DNA of 64,000 bases from a candidate division FCPU426 bacterium (GCA_963847625.1 CAWKAR010000022.1:23012-87011); one strand, 5' to 3'. Shown: positions 48,618 through 58,505, numbered from the stretch's first letter. A program made the numbers and translations. Notes: generated by a model not told the origin, from the sequence alone.

Positions 48618-49986
48618 GGCTTCCCCCTTCCCGCGGCGGCCAGCAGCTTTTTACGGCCCTGGTTCAAAAGCCAGGCCGACCCGACGAAAAAGAGCCCCGC
48701 CACGATAAAGGCGACCCCGCTTTGGAGCATGGTCCCGAAATAATCGATGAACCTCGTGAAAACCAAGAGGCCAATGAGCATAATCGCCCAGTTGATTCTC
48801 TTGGGTTGTTTCAGGATGACGGCTTCCCGGATCAGCCAAAGGGCGAAACCCAAATAAGCCAGGTTGGCGGTGACGGAAGCGGTTTTCCCATCCACCCCGG
48901 CCATGAGAAGGAGCCCCAAAATACCGGGCGCCAGGATGAATAATTTTAGGGCACGGATCATCAAAGCGGAGGAAACGGTTTTCGACAGGTCCATGAATCC
49001 CATCAAGAGGGTGCCGGCCAGCAAAAGGACCATGGCCGAAACACCCGAAAACATCGAACCTCTTTCGTACGGCGAATCACCATGCCAGAGGAATGTGATC
49101 GAATAAAGGCACGCGAAGGCGAGGAAAAACCCCCAGCCTTCCCAGGGATGTTGCTCTAGGCGAAAAGCGCCCCTGAGTCCCCAGAAAAGGGCCAGGATGG
49201 CGCCGGCAACGGTAAAGTGCACGATTCCTTCGGACCAGAAAGGGGTGTGGGAAAAAAGAGGGCCCAAAGGAATACCAACAGGCAAAGAAGAATCAGCAAG
49301 CGCCCTTTGTCGCCCAGGTATTTCCTGGCCTGATAAACCGTGTAGGTCCAGAACAAGGCAACTATCAAAAAAGCCGGGCCGTAATCCTGGAGGAACTGGG
49401 GGGAAGTGCCTTCCCAGCCCGTGAATCGCCAGGATAAGCCCGGGCACTCCATCGCGAACCAGGTTCCTTGCGCGTAGGTGCCCTGGAAGGCGGCCCAGAC
49501 AAGGCCGATAGTATGGAGTAAAATCAGAGGCCTGTTTCCAGTGGCCAAAACCAGGGGAAGACCCAACAAAAGCCAAATCAACAAAGGCTTCAAGGGATCA
49601 CCGGACAATTGGTAAATCTGGGCCCAGAGCCCGATACCCGCCAGTGGCAGCATGAGCCAAAGGATGAGAAGGGCCGTGCGGACGGTTTTGTTTTCTGCGG
49701 GCACCCGCTGGTAGCCCTCCCCGGCCAGGGCCAGCAGGACCAGGAATCCGGCTATCTTGATAAAAGCGGGTATTTTCTCCCAGTTGTAGGAAATCACCAG
49801 GATGATACCCAGGGCCACGCAAAGGCCGCCCAAGGCGGTCAAGAGCATCGAGGCGTTGAAGGCGTAGGTCCCCGATTCCTTTTTTGTTTTTTCAAGGATG
49901 GCTTCGGCTTGTTGGGAAGTGATGAGTTTTTCCTTCGCCCATTCCCCAACCTTTTTTTCAAGCCATTTTTCTTCCCGAAACTTCAT
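48614..49986 (-). CDS. DUF2157 membrane protein (one -1 frameshift at ~49252-49257)
   Basis: W...LITSQQAEAI, LGIILVISYNW, AQIYQL; second frame continues to TRFIDYFGTMLQSGVAF; ATGA-coupled to GDYXXLXY gene. Confidence 0.85.
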
Positions 49987-50207
49987 TTGACCGGTCCGTT
50001 CTTTTTGGGATGCGCCATTATTTCATAAATAAAAAGCCTTAACACATTTTTATCGTTTGCCAAATCGCGGGAATTGTAATGAAAAGGGGCCTTTTTGGAA
50101 TGGGCGGACGATCCAAAGAACTCTTATAAGTTCCGCTTAAGTCAGAATTTTTTCTGGGTTAAAAAACCATCCGTAATTGAAGGAAACGGTTTAAGAAAAA
50201 CCCGTTA

Positions 50208-51878
50208 TCAGTAACAGTATCCAGCGTAGATGACGCCTTGTCCGGTGTTGTAAGTCGGTGGCGGCGTTGCGGCTGGCGTTGCCAATATATCCAAGTAAGG
50301 ATTGGGCATGACGGCTCCGCCCCCTTCCCACGTAATCAAGGCATTCGAACCAGATGCGGCTTCCAAAAAAATCGTACTATTTATTGTACTGGCGCAGGCC
50401 AGCCAATAAGTTCCCGCGGGAAGGTTGACGCTTGGCACGACGGGAATATCATTGATCCCGGTGACCAGGGATTGGGGGGCGGATACCCAAATCAGGTCCA
50501 TTGGATAACCGCTGGGGTAATTGGTATAGATGCCCACGTACCCGTAATTGGGAATTCCCATATCGACCGATATCATGGAAACCGACGCGCTTTGGGTGAT
50601 GGCGTACTGTTGAGCCATCGTAGACCCGACAAAGGTTACTGGGTAGCCACCTAGGGATGCGTCCCCAAAAACAGTCGTGGAGGCACAAACAATCGTAATA
50701 GTAGGTGTCGGGGTGTAAGGAAGTGGCGATGGGGTCGGTGTTACGGTCGATGTTCCAGTTGGAGCGGCAGTGGGGCTGTTCGTGGATGTTGGAGTCCCCG
50801 GCGGGGTCGGCGTCATAGTGGAAGTAACAGTATTTATAGAAGTCGGAGTGGAGGTCATAGTCTTCGTAGACGTGTTCATGGCCGTGTTCGTCGCAGTAGA
50901 AGTCATAGTCTTCGTAGACGTTTCCGTGACCGTGTTCGTCGCAGTAGAGGTTATAGTCTTCGTAGACGTGTTCGTGGCGGTGTGTGTGGAAGTTGGCGAT
51001 GGGGGTGGGGTTGAGGTTGGAGTTCCTGGATCAGTGGTGACTGTGGGGGTGAGGGTATTTGTTGGAGATGGAGTGGACGTGGAAGAATTCGTGGGTGTAG
51101 AGGTCACCAGTTGAGTTGCTGTCGGGGTAGTCGTTTCGGTCTCGGTTTCAGTCGCGGTGGTTGTAAAAGTGTCGGTGGATGCGGGAGTCAAGATCGGCGT
51201 CGGCGTTAGTGTGGGAGTTTTAGTATCTGTATCAATCGGGGTGAAAGTGGATGTGTCTGTAGGTATTAATGTTACCGGCTGGGTCGCGGTTTCAGTCGCG
51301 GTGGATGTGGAAGTTTCCGTGGGTGTTGAAGTCAAGATCGAGGTCGGCGTTAAGATAGGGGTTACAGTCTCAGTATCAGTGGGGGTGTAAGTGGGGGTGT
51401 CCGTGGGTGTTAAGGCCACTTGTTGGGTCAGCGTTAAAGTGGGAGTTAAGGTCGTTGTATCAGTCGGAGTGTAAGTGGGGGTGTCTGTGGGAATGAAGGA
51501 CACCGGTTGGGTCAGAGTTAAAGTGGGAGTTAAGGTCGTTGTATCAGTGGAGGTGTCTGTAGGTATTAAAGTCACCGGCTGGGTTGGCGTTATAGTAGGA
51601 GTTACAGTCTCAGTATCAGTCGGGGTGTAAGTTGGGGTATCCGTGGGAATGAAGGACACCGGCTGGGTCGCCGTAATAGAGGGGGTAATGGTTGTTGTAA
51701 AAGTCGCAGTGTTGGTTAAAGGCGGAGTCGCGGTAATGGTGAGAGTCGTGGTTTGGGAGATGGGTAAGGCCATGGTTGGGACTGGATTTGGCGCGAAAGG
51801 CAGGGGTGCGCGCTGGCATCCCCAAAAACCCGCAAAAACCAAGACCAAACAAATAAATAAGGAATATAGAATCCTCAA
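50208..51878 (-). CDS. Thr/Pro-rich surface lipoprotein with C-terminal globular domain
   Basis: SD GGAGG, lipobox FWGC, long TPT-rich stalk, C-terminal LPAGTYWLA domain. Confidence 0.82.
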   Translation of the reverse strand: MRILYSLFICLVLVFAGFWGCQRAPLPFAPNPVPTMALPISQTTTLTITATPPLTNTATFTTTITPSITATQPVSFIPTDTPTYTPTDTETVTPTITPTQPVTLIPTDTSTDTTTLTPTLTLTQPVSFIPTDTPTYTPTDTTTLTPTLTLTQQVALTPTDTPTYTPTDTETVTPILTPTSILTSTPTETSTSTATETATQPVTLIPTDTSTFTPIDTDTKTPTLTPTPILTPASTDTFTTTATETETETTTPTATQLVTSTPTNSSTSTPSPTNTLTPTVTTDPGTPTSTPPPSPTSTHTATNTSTKTITSTATNTVTETSTKTMTSTATNTAMNTSTKTMTSTPTSINTVTSTMTPTPPGTPTSTNSPTAAPTGTSTVTPTPSPLPYTPTPTITIVCASTTVFGDASLGGYPVTFVGSTMAQQYAITQSASVSMISVDMGIPNYGYVGIYTNYPSGYPMDLIWVSAPQSLVTGINDIPVVPSVNLPAGTYWLACASTINSTIFLEAASGSNALITWEGGGAVMPNPYLDILATPAATPPPTYNTGQGVIYAGYCY

Positions 51879-51916
51879 AAACCGCCTCCGGGAAACGATT
51901 CACAGACCGTCAATCA

Positions 51917-51946
51917 TATAGTGTTGTTTGGGCGATATTTATTCCC
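51917..51946 (-). promoter_or_regulatory. putative ECF-sigma promoter GGGAATAAAT-N12-ACACTATA
   Basis: Identical bipartite motif also at 54067-54096. Confidence 0.75.
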
Positions 51947-52341
51947 TCTCGCCACCACTTTTTTTAAGGTTTTTCCAGTTTATCACAACACGGGATTATT
52001 GGTTAAAATCAGCCTTTTCGGGGGATTTGCGGTTGTTTCAAGGCAATCCCCCCTTTTTCCGAACCCTCCTTAATCCATTTAAACCCTCTTATCTCATCCC
52101 GATACATGATTTTATTGAAAGAAGTTTGGAAAATGTTTTCACGTAATAACGCAAACAACCTACCTATAGGGATTGGTAAAGGCTTTTTATTCCCGCCCGT
52201 ATAAAAAATATTCCCGAACCTTAAACGTTCCCAACCCCGTTCCAACGATATAAAATATTGCCTCGTTACGCGCGTTGACGCGTTATGGAACGAATTCAAA
52301 ATATTTACGAAACATCCCGGCCGTAAAAAGGCCTATAAGCC

Positions 52342-52728
52342 ATGATGAATTTCCGCTTCCTGCGCCATTTGAATAAGCGGCTTCTATTTGCGGCCGCCTT
52401 TCTTTTAATTACCTGGCTCGCCTCACCGGCTGTTCCTTTCCAGAATCCCCAACCCGGTTCCTGTTTCGTCTATCCAGCACCCGCCACCAGCAACTGGGCC
52501 TGGGTGGTCTATAACATGCCCCAAAACGGATCGGTCAATGTAAGGGTCTACAACGAGGCCGGGGAATTGGTTTTGGAGGTTGGCGAACCAAAATCGGCCG
52601 GCGTCCAGGAAACGTTTATGAACCTGTTTTATCTTCGCGACGGGGTCTTCCTCTGCAGGGTATTCCTCACCCCCGATGGCGGCGTAACACAGACACTGAA
52701 AACCTTCAAATTCACGGTGGTTCGATGA
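52342..52728 (+). CDS. secreted stand-alone T9SS-CTD-like protein
   Basis: Signal peptide; FVYPAP...VRVYNEAGELV...GVFL...KFTVVR; ATGA-coupled to PorV-like gene. Confidence 0.8.
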   Translation: MMNFRFLRHLNKRLLFAAAFLLITWLASPAVPFQNPQPGSCFVYPAPATSNWAWVVYNMPQNGSVNVRVYNEAGELVLEVGEPKSAGVQETFMNLFYLRDGVFLCRVFLTPDGGVTQTLKTFKFTVVR

Positions 52729-54074
52729 AAAGGCGGTTTTTTAAAAATATCCTATGGGCCTTCTGTCCGTTTTTTCTTTGGATCCCTCTTGTTTCCTTTG
52801 CTGACCAGACCGCTTATACGACCGCTTACATTCCTTATCCTTTGGAAGACATGGGCCATTCCCCCCGGGCCGCGGCCCTGGGCTCGGCTTTCGCAGCCGT
52901 GGAAGGGGACGCCTTCTGTCTATTTGAAAACCCCGCCGGCTTGGGAAACATCCTGGAACAGCAAATTTCGCTTGTCCACCAGTCCTGGATTTCCGACATA
53001 AACCAGGAAACCCTGGTAGGTGCCTTCTCCATGGAAAAACTGGGCATCCTGGCCATCGGGGCCAATTACCTCAATTTCGGGACCATGGACGGCTACGACG
53101 CCAACGGCTTTTCCACCTCGACTTACCGGCCTTACCGCGCCTCCCTGTCCCTGGGTTGGGGGTCTTATATTTATCCAAACTTATCCCTGGGATTCTCCCT
53201 TCGGGGTCTGGAACAATCCCTGGCTTCGGACCAGAACAACATCGCTACATCGTTAAACGCCGGTATGCTCTGGAGCTTGTCTCCACGCCTGAAAATAGGT
53301 GGTTATGGCGCCTTTCTCTATAGCGATGCTGATGCCGGCCTGGGCCAGATGAAATGGGGCGCCTCCTATACCCTGCCGGTGATCGGGGATGACCCGGCGC
53401 TTCTTTTGGCGGATATATCCATGCCGCCCCAGGGGGTTTACAAGATCCAATGCGGAATAGAGCAGACTTTTGTATCCGTGCTGAGTGTCCGGATTGGGAA
53501 CCAATGGGAATTTAAAAACAACGAAATCGGGGGATTTCGGGGATTCGCCGCGGGTTTGGGCCTCCGTTGGAAGGGTCTTGATTTAAGCGCCAGTTTCGCC
53601 CCTGACGGGGACTTGGGCTCCTCCCTCATGCTGGGTCTGACCTATCTTATACCGGTGGAACAACCTGGCCCTCCTCCACCCCCACCCCCTCCCCCCCAAA
53701 AACCCGAACCGGCCCTGGAACCGCCGGTAACTTTCAAACCCCCGGAGAAAATTTCTCCCAATGACGAGGTGATTTGGGTGAAAATGCAATTCAAGCTTCC
53801 AGAACTGGTTTCCGGTGGAACAGCCCCATCCGTCACCCCCTCCCCGGAACGGGACCGTAAGATTGAGATCCTGGCTAAAAAAGTCCAGTCCGATCCCCAG
53901 GATTTCCAAGCCTGGCTGGCCCTGGGAAGCCTCTATTATCAGGCTGGAAAGCCTGATTTTACGGTCCAATGCTTCGAGGAGGCCCTCCGGCTGAAACCGG
54001 ACACCCCCCCCTTGAAAGCCTGGTTGGAGCAATATCACAAGCTATTTCCACCGGTTTCCGCCCCCGGGGAATAA
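52725..54074 (+). CDS. PorV/PorQ-like outer-membrane beta-barrel with poly-Pro linker and TPR
   Basis: SPRAAALGSAFAAVEGD...FENPAGL signature; poly-Pro; TPR ending LKAWL. Confidence 0.82.
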   Translation: MKRRFFKNILWAFCPFFLWIPLVSFADQTAYTTAYIPYPLEDMGHSPRAAALGSAFAAVEGDAFCLFENPAGLGNILEQQISLVHQSWISDINQETLVGAFSMEKLGILAIGANYLNFGTMDGYDANGFSTSTYRPYRASLSLGWGSYIYPNLSLGFSLRGLEQSLASDQNNIATSLNAGMLWSLSPRLKIGGYGAFLYSDADAGLGQMKWGASYTLPVIGDDPALLLADISMPPQGVYKIQCGIEQTFVSVLSVRIGNQWEFKNNEIGGFRGFAAGLGLRWKGLDLSASFAPDGDLGSSLMLGLTYLIPVEQPGPPPPPPPPPQKPEPALEPPVTFKPPEKISPNDEVIWVKMQFKLPELVSGGTAPSVTPSPERDRKIEILAKKVQSDPQDFQAWLALGSLYYQAGKPDFTVQCFEEALRLKPDTPPLKAWLEQYHKLFPPVSAPGE

Positions 54075-54096
54075 ATCGGGCCCTTCCGACACTATA
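54067..54096 (+). promoter_or_regulatory. putative ECF-sigma autoregulatory promoter GGGAATAAAT-N12-ACACTATA
   Basis: Directly upstream of the ECF sigma SD (AAGGA); identical to motif at 51917-51946. Confidence 0.75.
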
Positions 54097-54110
54097 GAGT
54101 AAGGACAAAA

Positions 54111-54683
54111 ATGGAAAGCGAACGGGACCTAGTCAAAAAAATACTTTCCGGCGACAAGGAAGCTCAAACCCGTTTTTACCAGGAAAACGCGAGGCGCCTT
54201 TACCCCATTTGCGTGCATTTTTTGGGATACCAGGACCTCGAAGCCGAGGACCTCGTGCAAGAGGCCTTCCTCATCGCCTTCAGGAAACTCGCGCAGTTTG
54301 AGTTCCGTTCCAGCCTCTATACCTGGATGGCCCATATTTGCGTGAACCTTTGTTACGAAAGGCTGAGGAAAAGAAAACGGGAGTTGGGGACCCTACATGA
54401 GGATTTGGAACGGATGTCCCAGCCCCAAGCGGGAATTCGGTTGCAGGAGGAACAATTGGAGGCGGAAAAAAGGAGCCAGCTGGAAACCCTGGATCGGCTG
54501 ATGAAATCCATGAGCGAAAAATGCCGGCAGGTCCTGGAACTTCGGGACCGCCAGGGCATTAGTTATATCGATCTCTCCCGGAAGTTGAAGATGCCGCCCG
54601 GGACCGTGATGTCCCAATTGGCCCGTTGCCGCCAGGCCTTGAAGAGCTTGCTGGAAAGCGAACGAAGGGAAGTGGAGATTTGA
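54111..54683 (+). CDS. ECF RNA polymerase sigma factor
   Basis: GDKEA, EAEDLVQEAF, FEFRSSLYTWM..ICVNLC, GISY...GTVMSQLARCR. Confidence 0.94.
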   Translation: MESERDLVKKILSGDKEAQTRFYQENARRLYPICVHFLGYQDLEAEDLVQEAFLIAFRKLAQFEFRSSLYTWMAHICVNLCYERLRKRKRELGTLHEDLERMSQPQAGIRLQEEQLEAEKRSQLETLDRLMKSMSEKCRQVLELRDRQGISYIDLSRKLKMPPGTVMSQLARCRQALKSLLESERREVEI

Positions 54684-55327
54684 ACCCATTGGTGGAGGAA
54701 TATTTCAAGCGTGACCTGACCGAGGCGGAAGAAACGCGCCTGGCCGAGATTCTCCATGCCTCTCCCGACGAGGCCTTGCGGTTCGCCCAGGGAATGGCCG
54801 CCCATTACCTGGAGTTGGGCCTGCCCGAACCCGTATGGCCCGAAAAACCCATGGCCTATCCGGACACCCTGGTAAAACCCGTGAAGCATTTCCCCTGGTT
54901 AGGCATGTCAGTCTTTCTCTTGATACTCATCCTTTTAGGTCTCATCAAATTGAATACCGTGAAGGAATCCTTGCCTGTGTCCGCACCCGTACCCCACCCG
55001 AAGGCCCTGCTCAAGAAAAATCCCCTGGCGGTTCATCGTGAGGCGCCGCCCGCTCCCTTCCTCCCCCCAGCCGCACCGCCCAGCCGGTATGAGGAGCTTT
55101 CGGTGACCGTAGAGATGCCCCAAAGCGCCTTGGCGACGGTAAAAGTTTTCGATCAAACCGGGAACGTCGTTCGCACCCTTTTCGCGGGCATTCTCCCGTC
55201 GGGCCGGCAGACATTCATTTGGGATGGAAAAACCACCCAGGGATTGAACTCCGCGCCAGGCCTCTACACCCTCGAGGTGCGCTCGGGCCAAAACCTGATG
55301 AAAAAACAGATCCGGTTACAGCCCTAA
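54680..55327 (+). CDS. membrane anti-sigma factor with C-terminal FlgD-Ig/CTD-like domain
   Basis: TTGA overlap with sigma; LVEEYFKRDL N-terminus; TM; VKVFDQTGNVVRTL...WDGK...PGLY. Confidence 0.78.
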   Translation: MNPLVEEYFKRDLTEAEETRLAEILHASPDEALRFAQGMAAHYLELGLPEPVWPEKPMAYPDTLVKPVKHFPWLGMSVFLLILILLGLIKLNTVKESLPVSAPVPHPKALLKKNPLAVHREAPPAPFLPPAAPPSRYEELSVTVEMPQSALATVKVFDQTGNVVRTLFAGILPSGRQTFIWDGKTTQGLNSAPGLYTLEVRSGQNLMKKQIRLQP

Positions 55328-55367
55328 CGAATGGTTTTCTTAAATTTGAAACTTAAAATTCAAAATT

Positions 55368-58300
55368 TTATTTAGTCGTTTCCACCAAGTAGTAGGTCAC
55401 TTGGTCCTTGGGCGAGATCGTGAACTTCAACTTGCCTTCCTCCATTTTCGCGTCCAGCGCCTTGCCCTTGTTCCCCGACTCGTCTAAAGGCGTTACACTG
55501 CAACTCTTTCCCCCGACCTTCATGGCAATGTCCGCTTGGACCCCCTGCATGAGGATCGGGGTGTGTCCAGCGTCCTTCAGGGAGGTCCGGGTGGGGTTAT
55601 AAACCTGGCCGCTGTTCTCGGCCCTGGCCACCGCCACTACCAGGATCTTTTCGGATTCCGCCAGGGGTTTCTTATCCAGGCTGACAGCCAGGATGCTGGC
55701 CCAGGGATTGCGCTTGGCCGCGCTGACCACCAGGCCCTGAGCGCTGAAAGCCTCTCCCGTGCCGATGGCGCCCGTGAAGCCCTGCACAAAGGGGCTGTCC
55801 AGTTTCAAGACCCCCTTGCCGTAGTCAAGCGTTTGCTCGCCGGTGGAGCTTTGGATAACCTTGGCCTGGGCGTCGTAAAGTTTTTCCACCTGGGTCAGGT
55901 CGGAAGCCGCCTCTTCCTTGGCGCCCGTGAACTTCTTCGCGACCCTGGCGGCATAGGGCAGCCAGGGGTGGTCGAACAGCCAGTTGCTCTTGCTTCCGTT
56001 GGCGAGAATATCCTTGTCCTCGATGGGCTCCATGACGGTGACTTCCGAGGGTTTCAGGAGACCCTGCCTAAAAATCACGGCGCCCGCTTGGTTCAAGGGT
56101 TCGTTGTCCGGCCGGGAATTGATGGCGAAGTTTGACATCTTTTGCGACCCGATCAGCGAGGGCCCGTAGTCGTACTGCAACAGCCCGTCCCAGTCCTGCA
56201 GGCTCGCGTAGGCCGCCATCATGACGGGCCCCTCGATGCGGTACTCGTTAGGAACGCAATCGTTCCATTCGGTGATGATAAGGGGCAGGCCCTGGACGCG
56301 CACGTGGGACAGGCTGAAAAGAAGCGACCCCTGGAAGGGATTCTTGAGTTGGGAATTGTTGTTCATGGGAGCGTGGTCCACGTTCTGCCAGCCGCCCGCG
56401 ATGTTCCAGATCTGCGGGTGGTCCCAGTAGGCGTGGGTGTCCATGAAATCCATGACCGAGTCGCTCTTGACGTTGCCCAAGACCGGCAGGCCCATGTTGC
56501 TGCCGGTTAAAAGCGCGTGGGGGCTGACCTTCCTGAGGAAAGCCTTCATTTCCAGGTTGCTCTTCACGACCGTTTCGAGCAGGAACTTCAGGCTCGAGTC
56601 GGCGTTTTCCGGGTTCTGGGTGGGCAATAGCTTTTGCCCATCCCAATCGAACTTGAAGTGGGTGATCTTGCCTGTCCCGCCCCAGGCTTCGTACATCTTC
56701 TGGAGTTCGTCCCAGAAGGGCTGGGGAAAGTTCTGCTCGCCGAAGCCGCAGAAGATGGAGGATTCGTTGACGATCTCGTTGCCCACGTAAACCGGGTCGT
56801 CCTTGAGGGCCATGCCCGTGTAGGGGTTCACGTGGGTAAGGAGCATTTGGGCATACTTCTTGTTGAGCTCGATGATGCGGCGGCTGAAATGGATGACCGT
56901 CTTGGCGCCGTCCTCCAGCTCGGAGGAGCCGTCCACCTGGTCACCCTTGCGGAACTTGCGTCCCACCGACCAGTCGGGGTAAACGTAGATGCCGTTCTTT
57001 TTCAAGGCCGCGATGAGGTAGTCTATCTTGTCCAGCGATTCCGGGTTGAAGGTCTGGGTGTTGTCGGCATTCGGCACGAAAAGGCTCACGTCGCCCCAGT
57101 TGTTGTCCAGGAAAGGCATGCGCACCAGGTTGAAGCCGAGTTTCGCCATGCGCTCGGCCACCAGGCCAGCCTCCTCATGCCCGATAAACAGGTTGAGCCC
57201 CGAGCCGTCCGTGCCCCAGAACCTGACACGCGTGCCGTCGGCAAAGACAAAATGCCCCTTCTTGACTGAAACAAAGCCGTGGGTGCCGGCCGGCTTCTCA
57301 TTCAGATAGGAAAAGTCAAGCGGGGCGTCCGAGGCCTTGGCTGGAGGCTTGTAGGCGTACCAATCGGAAGTGTCGGTGACCTGTTCGGTCTTGAGTGTGG
57401 CCTGGATTTTTTTTCCATCGGCGTCCAGGAGCGTGAGGGAAAGGTCGTCGAACCAGGCCTTGCCCGTGCAGTTGCCGAGCCCAGCGTCCACCCAGGCCTG
57501 AGTGGTTCCAGGCGGCAGAGTATATTTTCTCTCGTAATAGGTCCAGTCGGTGTCGCCGACCACTTTGCACACCGAATCCTGCCACCCGCCCACCTGCTTG
57601 TTGTTGTCGTCCCGGAAATCGATGCCGAGCCGCGCGGCCTCCCAGGTTTCCTTGCCGCGCACCACTCCCTGGGTCTTCACCCAGCCTCCGTAAACCAGAG
57701 AAGCGGGGGTTTTGCCCTGGAAAGACACCAACTGGCCCGCCAGGTTCCAGGAGGGTGTGTCGTTTTGGGCGACGCCGCAGTGAACCGACTGGTGCCCGTT
57801 CCCGGTGATGTGGCATTGGCTCCATTCGCCGGAACCGGGCATTTCAAAGCCAGGGTTCATGATCCAGTTGTCGCCCTTGACTACCAGGGGCGCCTGGAGG
57901 CCGGGATGCGTGGATTTACCGGCGGCCAGGGGTTTTAGGTCGTAGTCATACATGAGGCATTGAATGCCGCTGAACCAGGCCTTGCCCGTGCAATGGTCCA
58001 GCACCACACCCACGCGCGCGTAGGACGCGCCTGGGGGAACCGTATATTGGTTGGAATAAAAGTCCCAATCGTGGGTGCCTTTGAGCCTGGCGATGTCCGC
58101 GGGCCAGTCCCCGGCGCGAACGCCCCTTTCGTCGTAAAAGATCACCGTGATTCGGGCCATTTCCCAATCGTGCAATCCCGCCACCGAGACGCCCTCGGTC
58201 TTCATCCAGCCCGAGACCTCGATGGCCGGGGGAAGCGGCTGGGGCAGTTTAACGTCCTGCTCCAGGGAGTTCCAGGTGAATTGGGTGTTTTCCAGGAAGG

Positions 58301-58466
58301 CCGCGGGATTCCCTTCCCGGCCGGTTTGGGTGACCGGGGCGGGTTTCCACGCTTCCTGGGTCTTGAAATCGCCGTTCACGACCCAATTGAGGTTGGGGGT
58401 CGCCGCCAATTGGCTCCCCAGCGCAAGCCAAATAAGGATACAGATTAATAATTTGAACTTTTTCAT
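55368..58466 (-). CDS. secreted clan GH-A glycoside hydrolase (GH5/GH148-like) with two N-terminal CBM4/9-like modules
   Basis: NGDF and NPGFE...AWFDD CBM repeats; VRFWG, GFNLVR, VNPYTG, IVNES (acid/base), ITEW (nucleophile). Confidence 0.85.
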   Translation of the reverse strand: MKKFKLLICILIWLALGSQLAATPNLNWVVNGDFKTQEAWKPAPVTQTGREGNPAAFLENTQFTWNSLEQDVKLPQPLPPAIEVSGWMKTEGVSVAGLHDWEMARITVIFYDERGVRAGDWPADIARLKGTHDWDFYSNQYTVPPGASYARVGVVLDHCTGKAWFSGIQCLMYDYDLKPLAAGKSTHPGLQAPLVVKGDNWIMNPGFEMPGSGEWSQCHITGNGHQSVHCGVAQNDTPSWNLAGQLVSFQGKTPASLVYGGWVKTQGVVRGKETWEAARLGIDFRDDNNKQVGGWQDSVCKVVGDTDWTYYERKYTLPPGTTQAWVDAGLGNCTGKAWFDDLSLTLLDADGKKIQATLKTEQVTDTSDWYAYKPPAKASDAPLDFSYLNEKPAGTHGFVSVKKGHFVFADGTRVRFWGTDGSGLNLFIGHEEAGLVAERMAKLGFNLVRMPFLDNNWGDVSLFVPNADNTQTFNPESLDKIDYLIAALKKNGIYVYPDWSVGRKFRKGDQVDGSSELEDGAKTVIHFSRRIIELNKKYAQMLLTHVNPYTGMALKDDPVYVGNEIVNESSIFCGFGEQNFPQPFWDELQKMYEAWGGTGKITHFKFDWDGQKLLPTQNPENADSSLKFLLETVVKSNLEMKAFLRKVSPHALLTGSNMGLPVLGNVKSDSVMDFMDTHAYWDHPQIWNIAGGWQNVDHAPMNNNSQLKNPFQGSLLFSLSHVRVQGLPLIITEWNDCVPNEYRIEGPVMMAAYASLQDWDGLLQYDYGPSLIGSQKMSNFAINSRPDNEPLNQAGAVIFRQGLLKPSEVTVMEPIEDKDILANGSKSNWLFDHPWLPYAARVAKKFTGAKEEAASDLTQVEKLYDAQAKVIQSSTGEQTLDYGKGVLKLDSPFVQGFTGAIGTGEAFSAQGLVVSAAKRNPWASILAVSLDKKPLAESEKILVVAVARAENSGQVYNPTRTSLKDAGHTPILMQGVQADIAMKVGGKSCSVTPLDESGNKGKALDAKMEEGKLKFTISPKDQVTYYLVETTK

Positions 58467-58490
58467 GACGGCTCCTTATATAAGTTCAAC

Positions 58491-58505
58491 GCAATTCTTT
58501 TGCCA
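58491..58505 (-). promoter_or_regulatory. sigma54-type (-24/-12) promoter
   Basis: TGGCA-AAAGAA-TTGC (GG-N10-GC) about 25 nt upstream of the GH start. Confidence 0.65.

Noticed and set aside
47811-48743. 310-aa plus-strand ORF
   Set aside because: Antisense to queE and the GDYXXLXY gene; no motifs
49250-49260. Programmed frameshift or phase variation in the DUF2157 gene
   Set aside because: T6 run is short; homopolymer under-call is more parsimonious given the similar murE lesion
50770-51921. Val/Gly-rich plus-strand ORFs
   Set aside because: Antisense of Thr/Pro codons in the lipoprotein
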